Shown here: in pieces, positions 57,325 to 64,000 of the stretch
How the letters are laid out: each line of letters starts with the position of its first letter
Position numbering within the stretch: position 1 is the stretch's first letter
Source: Nitrospinales bacterium
GTDB taxonomy: Bacteria > Nitrospinota > Nitrospinia > Nitrospinales > VA-1
NCBI GenBank assembly: GCA_965262115.1
Contig: OZ253496.1
Span: forward strand, 2,400,001 to 2,464,000
DNA: 64,000 bases
Direction: 5' to 3'
Position numbers and translations under genes: made by a program
The notes under the pieces: generated by a model
Told to the model about the DNA's origin: nothing
Seen by the model: the letters and a program-made list of their open reading frames with translations, nothing else
Database searches by the model: none

Positions 57325-58728
57325 ATGAGTGAACCCATCAAAGTTCGTTTTGCGCCCAGCCCAACCGGGTTTTTGCATATCGGTGGGGTGAGGACGGCCC
57401 TGTTCAACTGGTTGTTCGTCCGCCATCATGGCGGGAAGTTCGTTTTACGCATTGAAGATACGGACCATGAGCGCTCGACGGAAGAATCGATCACTGAAAT
57501 TCTCGAATCCATGCGATGGCTGGGGTTGGACTGGGACGAAGGTCCGTACCGGCAAACCGAGCGGAAGGAACTTTATTCCGCAAAGGTCGACCAGCTTTTC
57601 AAGGAAGGTAAAGCCTACCGTTGCACTTGCACGCCGAAGGAGTTAGACCAGAAACGTAGTGAGGCTCAGAAAAAAGGACTCAAACCCAAATATGATGGAA
57701 CCTGCCGGGAACGGACTGACCAGCCAGAAGGGGCACCATCCGTGATCCGGTTCAAGGCGCCTCTTGAGGGTTCGGTGGTGGTGGAAGATATGTTGCGCGG
57801 TAAGGTGGTGTTTGACATTGCCGAACTGGATGACCTGATTTTGCAGAGGACCGATGGTTCTCCCACCTACAACTTTGTCGTCGTGGTCGATGATGCCGAC
57901 ATGGGCATCACCCATGTGGTACGTGGAGACGACCATCTTTCCAATACGCCACGGCAATGTTTGTTGTATGACGCCTTGGGCTTTCCTCGGCCCCGGTTCG
58001 CCCATATTTCCATGATTCTGGGACAGGACAAGGCTCGCCTGAGTAAGCGTCATGGAGCGACTTCGGCGCTGGCGTACCGGGATATGGGTTACCTTCCTGC
58101 TACGATCATCAATTATCTGGCCAGGCTGGGTTGGTCGCATGGCGATCAGGAAATCTTTTCGCGGGAAGAAATGATCCAGCATTTTTCCTTCGACTCGGTG
58201 CATACCTCGGCAGCGGTGTTTGATCCTGACAAGCTGTCCTGGCTGAATGAACATTATATAAAGACCACCCCGCCGGAAGAACTGGCCCGGCATTTGGAGC
58301 CGTTTCTTATCCGTTCTGGAATCCTTGAAGAAGGTCACGGTCTGGACTTTGCGGAAATCGCCAGGGTTATCCCGTCCTTGAACCAGCGCGCCAAAACTCT
58401 TGTGGAGATGGCAGACAAGTCGGCATTCTATTTTAAAAAGGAAGTCGAGTTTGATGAAAAAGCGAAGGCCAAATTTCTGACCCTTGAAGCAAGACCGTTA
58501 CTGGAAAAAGCCATTGCCGGACTTTCCCAACTGGAACACTTTTCTGCAGAAGAGATTGAAGCGTTGTTCAAGAAAGTTGTGGAAGAAGAGGGGACGAAGC
58601 TCGGCAAGCTGGCGCAACCGGTGCGTGTGGCCCTCACCGGTACTACCGTGAGCCCCGGAATTTATGACGTCATCCTGCTTCTGGGAAAGGAAGAAACTCT
58701 AAAGCGATTAAACCAGGCCCTTCCATAA
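57325..58728 (+). CDS. gltX: Glutamate--tRNA ligase
   Basis: RFAPSPTGFLHIGG, LRIEDTD, LSKRHGA. Confidence 0.97.
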   Translation: MSEPIKVRFAPSPTGFLHIGGVRTALFNWLFVRHHGGKFVLRIEDTDHERSTEESITEILESMRWLGLDWDEGPYRQTERKELYSAKVDQLFKEGKAYRCTCTPKELDQKRSEAQKKGLKPKYDGTCRERTDQPEGAPSVIRFKAPLEGSVVVEDMLRGKVVFDIAELDDLILQRTDGSPTYNFVVVVDDADMGITHVVRGDDHLSNTPRQCLLYDALGFPRPRFAHISMILGQDKARLSKRHGATSALAYRDMGYLPATIINYLARLGWSHGDQEIFSREEMIQHFSFDSVHTSAAVFDPDKLSWLNEHYIKTTPPEELARHLEPFLIRSGILEEGHGLDFAEIARVIPSLNQRAKTLVEMADKSAFYFKKEVEFDEKAKAKFLTLEARPLLEKAIAGLSQLEHFSAEEIEALFKKVVEEEGTKLGKLAQPVRVALTGTTVSPGIYDVILLLGKEETLKRLNQALP

Positions 58729-58761
58729 GAAATCCGAATTCTGCCTGCCTGGTCGAAAAAC

Positions 58762-60732
58762 TTATTTGTTTATAATTTCCCCGATATCGCGGACCTTTAC
58801 TTTTTCCTCAAGACCTTTGGCTTTCACCGCGTCTTCCAGCATCAATACACAGTAGGGGCAGGACACGGCGATGGTGTCAGGATTGGTGACCATCAACTCA
58901 TCCAGTCTATGATGGCTCATTCGGGTGCCGATATTTTCCTCAAGCAGGAACCGGGCACCACCGGCCCCACAGCAGGTGCCGGTTTCACGGCTTTGCTCCA
59001 CTTCCTGAACTTTTGTTACTTCTGCGGCAAGCACTTTGCGAGGTGCATCGTACACCCCATTGTGCCGACCCAGGTAGCAGGAGTCATGCACCACCACATT
59101 GGTGTCGGTTTTTTCTCCGAGTGATAATTTCCCTTCGGCGATCAAGGTTTCCAGCAATTCAGAATGGTGGATCACTTCCAGATAAACTCCGAATTCGGGA
59201 TACTCGTTTTTCAGTGAGTTGAGACAATGGGGACAGTGGGTGATGACTTTCAGCACATTATTTTGCTGGAAGGTCTCAGCATTTTGTCTGGCCAGCATGT
59301 CGAATAAATATTCGTTGCCGGCCCTGCGAGCCGGGTCACCGGTACAACCTTCACCGTTGCCGAGAATGGAAAAGCTGACTCTCGCTTGTTTCAGAGCCTT
59401 GACCACGGCCTCAGAAATTTTTTTGCCACGCGTATCGAAAGATCCGTTGCACCCGACGAAATACAAATATTCAGTGGGGTGGGTCTTGTCCCAGATGGGG
59501 ATGTTCAAAGCTTTGGCCCAGTCGGCGCGTGAGTTTTTAGGGAATCCCCAAGGATTGGACTGGGTTTCCAATGATTTGAAAGCGGACTCCAACTCTTTCG
59601 GGTAGCGGTCTTCGGTCAGTACCAGTCCGCGTCTTAGGTCGATCACTTTGTCGACGTATTCAATCATCACCGGGCAGGCGGATTCGCAGGCTCCGCAAGT
59701 GGTGCAGGCCCAGAGGGTTTCATCTTCGATCACACCGCCCAGCAAGGGAATATCGGAAACGGAGTGTCCATTAAGATGGTCTCTCAAATCCACCGTGAGT
59801 TGTTGCGGCGAGAGAGGTTTGCCGGTCGCCAGTGCCGGGCAGACCCGGTCGCACCGACCGCATTGGGTGCAGGTATGCAGATCCAGCATTTGCTTCCAGG
59901 TGAAACTTTCAACCTCTGTAATGCCAAAGGTTTCTTTTTCTTCATCTTCAAAGTCGAGGCGATGCAGGGTGCTTCCGGGATTCAAGTTGGACAGGAAAAC
60001 ATTTGGGATGGCTGTCACGATGTGAAAGTGCTTGCTGCGTGGAAGAAGTGTCAGGAAATAGAGGATGGCAGAAATATGAGCCCAGTAAGCCAGGCTGTGC
60101 AGGTGCCCCACCAAATCTTTTCCCAACGTGCTGACAAGAGGAGCGAAAAGGGCGGCCAACGGGCCGGATTTTTCAATATCTGGATTGAGAGCTAGAAAAG
60201 CAGCATCGAACAAAACGTCGCTGGCCACGATGATGAGTATCAGGTCGAGAATAATCAGGCCTTCGGTGGAGAGGGTGAGACGGCTGGGTTTAATCACCAG
60301 CCTGCGATACAGAGCATAGAGAACGGCGAGGGTGACCAGAAAGACCACGCCATCCTTAATCCATAAATATGGCAGGATCAGGGGGGCGGTGGCGGAGAAA
60401 TGAGACTCAATATTTGGCAAAAGGCCGATGAAAAAGAATTCCCCGGCACGTACGAGAAGGATCAGGAATCCCCAGAAAATCACGGCATGCATCCAGCCTG
60501 ATTTAGGTTCCTTAAGGAGTCGGGTTTGTCCAAAGCCGATGCTAAGAGTCGTGAAAATTCGTTTCAAGGGCTGGTCGGTGCGGTTTTCTTTCCCGACTTT
60601 TAGCAGGAGGCGCAGTTTTGGCCACGCGCTCAAGGTGAAGGCGGTCAGTGATATCAGGATGAGAAAAACCAGAATCCAGGGTTGCAGGCTGGGGGGAACC
60701 CATTCGAACGCACGGTTAATATGTTGATCCAT
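58762..60732 (-). CDS. Membrane Fe-S oxidoreductase (FadF/HdrD-like, CCG domains)
   Basis: TM N-terminus, CTQCGRCDRVCP, CTTCGACESACP, CTGD, HDSCYLGR, CCGAGG. Confidence 0.88.
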   Translation of the reverse strand: MDQHINRAFEWVPPSLQPWILVFLILISLTAFTLSAWPKLRLLLKVGKENRTDQPLKRIFTTLSIGFGQTRLLKEPKSGWMHAVIFWGFLILLVRAGEFFFIGLLPNIESHFSATAPLILPYLWIKDGVVFLVTLAVLYALYRRLVIKPSRLTLSTEGLIILDLILIIVASDVLFDAAFLALNPDIEKSGPLAALFAPLVSTLGKDLVGHLHSLAYWAHISAILYFLTLLPRSKHFHIVTAIPNVFLSNLNPGSTLHRLDFEDEEKETFGITEVESFTWKQMLDLHTCTQCGRCDRVCPALATGKPLSPQQLTVDLRDHLNGHSVSDIPLLGGVIEDETLWACTTCGACESACPVMIEYVDKVIDLRRGLVLTEDRYPKELESAFKSLETQSNPWGFPKNSRADWAKALNIPIWDKTHPTEYLYFVGCNGSFDTRGKKISEAVVKALKQARVSFSILGNGEGCTGDPARRAGNEYLFDMLARQNAETFQQNNVLKVITHCPHCLNSLKNEYPEFGVYLEVIHHSELLETLIAEGKLSLGEKTDTNVVVHDSCYLGRHNGVYDAPRKVLAAEVTKVQEVEQSRETGTCCGAGGARFLLEENIGTRMSHHRLDELMVTNPDTIAVSCPYCVLMLEDAVKAKGLEEKVKVRDIGEIINK

Positions 60733-60933
60733 AAGCGATGTCGTGAAAGCGGTTGATATCCTTTGAGTTGACCGTCACCGGATTCTGGTCAGAATGTTAG
60801 ATTATTGTTTTTATTCGCGGATTGCTATTTTATTCGTAGCCTGGGTAATATATAATTATAAAGTTAAAGATTATCCCTCATTTCAATCTGGTTTTGGAGG
60901 TTTTTGATCTTGCTAAAAGTTATTGGAATTCAG

Positions 60934-61785
60934 ATGCGGATTCTGCCAATTTTGGTGTATTTAGGGGTGGTGTTCCCGATCACTGTGCTTGCTGTTCCTT
61001 TGCAGGATGAATTTGACAGGAATCAGGCCGGGAACCGTCCCGGGGTCTTCCCTAAATGGCAAGGGACACCTCCGGTGAATCAGGATCTTCAACCCAACCT
61101 GACAAATGAGATCAACGAGCCGCATCCTTTACCGTCTCGTGTTAACCGTGATATTTACACTCAGTTGCTGAGAGTTGAGCCGGTAGACCAGGTGCAAAGC
61201 AAGGTGTTCAATTCGGGCCGGTTTGACCGCCTCCAAAGGATCGGAGTTTTAGGCTTTGAAAACAAAACGTTTGCACCTTTTGAAGACCGGTCTGCCGGGG
61301 ATGTCGTATCTCGACAGGCGTACCAGGAATTGAAAAGCAACAAGAGTTACTCCCGTATCATCCCTTCGCAGTTGATGGAGGATGTGCGGCTTAAAATTGT
61401 CAAATCCCCCGGCTCTGTTGTGGAGCAAAATTTGTCGAAGAGTGAGGAAACTGCGCCGCTGGTTTCCGGGGACAGGCTTGACGCGGTGATGATCGGAGCG
61501 GTCTCAAAATATACCGACAGGTATGTAGACCGGTATGGAAAAATTCAGAAAAGTATAGCCAGCGGTTTGGAGTTCACGGCATTTTTAGTAGACCCTCGGA
61601 CCCGGGAAGTCATATGGGGTGCCCGTTTTGTGGGACGGCAAAGGCCGGGAGTTCAGAACCTTGGCCAACATAAGGGACGCTGGTTGAGTAAAGAGGACTT
61701 CACCCGCTCTGCTATGAAATTTGTATTAAAAGAATTTATAAACCGGGTTGATGAACAACCACATAACGAAAACCTGGGACAATGA
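60934..61785 (+). CDS. Secreted hypothetical protein
   Basis: Signal-like N-terminus; overlaps the next gene by 4 nt. Confidence 0.7.
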   Translation: MRILPILVYLGVVFPITVLAVPLQDEFDRNQAGNRPGVFPKWQGTPPVNQDLQPNLTNEINEPHPLPSRVNRDIYTQLLRVEPVDQVQSKVFNSGRFDRLQRIGVLGFENKTFAPFEDRSAGDVVSRQAYQELKSNKSYSRIIPSQLMEDVRLKIVKSPGSVVEQNLSKSEETAPLVSGDRLDAVMIGAVSKYTDRYVDRYGKIQKSIASGLEFTAFLVDPRTREVIWGARFVGRQRPGVQNLGQHKGRWLSKEDFTRSAMKFVLKEFINRVDEQPHNENLGQ

Positions 61786-62570
61786 GTGAATCTTTCGATG
61801 GAACGCCCGTTCAGGAAATAGACAAGAAAAGGAAGCTTTGGCGCAATCTTTTTTTGCTTAACCTCTGCGTTTCCCTGCTTTTGGTCGGTATTTTCTGGTT
61901 ACCTTCAAAGCTGGATCAGGTGGCCAGTTTTCTCAATTCCCCCAGCGTTAACGTGCCTGGAGAAGGCAAAATGGCCGAGAAGCCTGTGGTGGAAGAGGAG
62001 GCGCCCGCACCAAAGGCACCCAGCAACATGTTGACAACCCTGGTGACCACCGTGAACGCTTCCTCAGAAAAAGAGTATGTGTATTTTGATTTTTCCAGCG
62101 GGAAGCCGGTTCGCATTCTGGACGCCTCATCTCTGGAATGGGATCTGGCATTTAGAAGGGGTAAGGTGATATCCAATGGCGGCGCTTCCAGCAAGTTGGG
62201 AAATGCCGGTCTCATTGATCTGGGTGTGGTCGAGTTTGACACGGTGACGGAAGTGCCCATGGATAATTATTCCGTGGATGTAGCCGCCAAAACTGAAACG
62301 GAAAACCCGGTCCTCTTAAAATGGTACAATTATAATTATTTTACCCACAAGTTGACTGCCAAGAAGAATAGTTATGCAGTGCGAACCGCGAATGGTAAAT
62401 ATGCCAAATTTCAGTTTCTGAGTTTCTATTGCGACAACAAGGAGGCGGGATGTATAAAAATTCGCTATGTGTATCAGGATAGCGGGTCCAATAGCTTTTT
62501 GAAAACAGGCGGCGCTTTCACGACAACCTCGACGGCTTCCTCCTCGACGGAGACCACGAACCCATCTTGA
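61782..62570 (+). CDS. HmuY-family protein with N-terminal membrane anchor
   Basis: YVYFDFSSG, WDLAFRR, WYNYNY.TH.L, YAVRTANGKYAKFQFLSFY. Confidence 0.78.
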   Translation: MSESFDGTPVQEIDKKRKLWRNLFLLNLCVSLLLVGIFWLPSKLDQVASFLNSPSVNVPGEGKMAEKPVVEEEAPAPKAPSNMLTTLVTTVNASSEKEYVYFDFSSGKPVRILDASSLEWDLAFRRGKVISNGGASSKLGNAGLIDLGVVEFDTVTEVPMDNYSVDVAAKTETENPVLLKWYNYNYFTHKLTAKKNSYAVRTANGKYAKFQFLSFYCDNKEAGCIKIRYVYQDSGSNSFLKTGGAFTTTSTASSSTETTNPS

Positions 62571-62721
62571 TATTTGAAAGAAAATTGCTGAAGTTACAAA
62601 GACCGTTCTTCCCAAGACCGGTCTTTTCTGTTAAAAATGTACTTCAGCTCACTATTCCGGGATAGAAGAAACTAGTGACCATCATTAATTTTGATCAAAA
62701 TTTGGATTTGGAGAAAAACGA

Positions 62722-63306
62722 ATGCCGACTTTAAAAGGTTTATTGTTCAACCAATATGCTGCTGAGGGGCTCACTGCACTGGTTGAAGAAATGCAGTCCA
62801 GTTATACCGCGAAAAAAGGGCGCCGATTTAACCATAATAATGTTACCTACGAAATCAGCCGTCCTACCCTGAAAGGCAACGCTATTGAATTTGAGATCAG
62901 CTCAAAAATCCCGGAGGATGAACTCAAAACGTCTAAAGATATGCAGTCTTATTTCCAGCAAATGAAAAAAATTCTGGAGAAGGGCAAGAACAAGCCTGAG
63001 TCGATTGAGATGGAAAATATAGTTTGGGACTCAAAAAAAGAAACGGAAAAAAAACGCGACTATGTAAAGCTTCAATACCGGTATCCCCTGGATGACTTGT
63101 TTGACAATAAGGTGGTGGCCAAACGGCACGAGAAAGTGATGAGTGGCCAGGCCGACCCCTCTGTGCCGGATTCTCCCAGTGCTTTCACCAAGGCGGGGCG
63201 GGTTGTGCTAGGTGTTGTTCGGGAAACCATGCAGCAGCTAGGTAAGGAAAGTTTGACCGAGTTAATGGATGTTAACAAAAAGGTCAAAGTCTCGCTGAAA
63301 GGCTAA
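62722..63306 (+). CDS. Hypothetical protein
   Basis: GGAG RBS; 194-aa charged ORF. Confidence 0.72.
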   Translation: MPTLKGLLFNQYAAEGLTALVEEMQSSYTAKKGRRFNHNNVTYEISRPTLKGNAIEFEISSKIPEDELKTSKDMQSYFQQMKKILEKGKNKPESIEMENIVWDSKKETEKKRDYVKLQYRYPLDDLFDNKVVAKRHEKVMSGQADPSVPDSPSAFTKAGRVVLGVVRETMQQLGKESLTELMDVNKKVKVSLKG

Positions 63307-63311
63307 GTCTG

Positions 63312-63491
63312 ATGGGTTCCGTAAAGTATTATCTGGGCAGGGCCTTGCAATTGATAGGTCTTGCCACCATCTCGGCAGTGGTGCTCATGTTTTTTACCCA
63401 GATGAGTATGGAGCCCCTGTTGATCTGGTCGTTGATCGGTGCGTCCGAGTTTTATGGCGGAACCTGGTTACTGGGCAAGGAGGAAAGGTGA
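63312..63491 (+). CDS. Small two-TM protein (59 aa, below the ORF-track cutoff)
   Basis: MGSVKYYLGRALQLIGLATISAVVLMFFTQMSMEPLLIWSLIGASEFYGGTWLLGKEER-stop, starting 5 nt after the upstream stop. Confidence 0.65.
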   Translation: MGSVKYYLGRALQLIGLATISAVVLMFFTQMSMEPLLIWSLIGASEFYGGTWLLGKEER

Positions 63492-63549
63492 TCTGCCCTT
63501 TCCCGCCTGACAGCATATTATTTTTTTCCTTAAGCAATAAAAATTGCCC

Positions 63550-64000
63550 GTGAAAACCCTTCTTGAACAACCTGGTTTTTTGGCCCCATCGGGAACGATC
63601 GGGGCTGATTTCAGCTACCTGCTGGCGCTTGTTTTTACCATTCTATTTCTTGTGGCCTGGGGATTTGCTAAAAAGGCCCAGGGAACCCGGCATCATAAAC
63701 TGGTCCTGGTCTCCATGGGGACGATGATGGTTTATTTCGTTGCCTACTATTACGCCCGAAGTCTGGGGGTTCTGTCCTTTGAAGGCCGGGAAGGCTTTGG
63801 TGGTCCCGATGAGATTTACAAGAACGTTTTTGTACCGGTATTGACCATCCATCTCATTCTGGTTACTTTGGGGATGATTCTTGCCTTTTACATGATTCCA
63901 CAGGGATTCCGTGCCAGCGACAGGACCGGCGGGGAATACCGCTTGAAATCCGAGCAACTGAAGATGAAACCTCGGACATTCAAGATAATCATGTTCACCA
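63550..64000 (+). CDS. DUF420-like membrane protein, runs off the window end
   Basis: GTG start; PGFLAPSGTIGADFSYLLA...RHHKLV...LTIHLIL. Confidence 0.65.
   Translation, partial: MKTLLEQPGFLAPSGTIGADFSYLLALVFTILFLVAWGFAKKAQGTRHHKLVLVSMGTMMVYFVAYYYARSLGVLSFEGREGFGGPDEIYKNVFVPVLTIHLILVTLGMILAFYMIPQGFRASDRTGGEYRLKSEQLKMKPRTFKIIMFT

Noticed and set aside
17230..58338. Many long ORFs antisense to or overlapping real genes (e.g. 17230-17967, 19555-20280, 30887-31783, 57643-58338)
   Set aside because: Shadow ORFs of well-supported genes, with no recognisable motifs.

Overview
Bacterial chromosomal window of moderate GC, mostly housekeeping genes. Gene content and order suggest Nitrospinota or a similar Gram-negative lineage (inference, not verified). 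It holds an Fe-S/redox cluster (YgfZ-like, IscA/HesB, BolA, GrxD, a Prx homolog), a hicAB toxin-antitoxin pair, DUF47-PiT, a delta-9 desaturase, a two-component pair, ahpC, surE, the rimP-nusA-infB-rbfA-truB-rpsO-pnp operon, proS, a PEP mutase fusion, rseP, lolA, purN, trmB, greA, 5-oxoprolinase, TatT/DctP, gltX and others. I saw no rRNA, tRNA, CRISPR array or transposase. The most unusual signal is a nested set of tiny repeats. A 38-40 bp element (TACCCC-N3-GGGGCA...ATATCAC plus one variable base) occurs 9 times, always inserted inside another repeat, once inside a copy of itself, and without target duplication. Its hosts are a 128-bp MITE (15-bp TIRs, 9-bp TSD), REP-like hairpins and a divergent CTAG-associated repeat family. 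Some repeats have rewritten protein termini in frame. Other notable items: an NtrX-like response regulator fused to an intact LpxC, a peroxiredoxin homolog with Asp in place of the peroxidatic Cys, and an orphan PEP mutase-nucleotidyltransferase. Single-base frameshifts in nusA and a radical SAM gene are probably sequencing errors.
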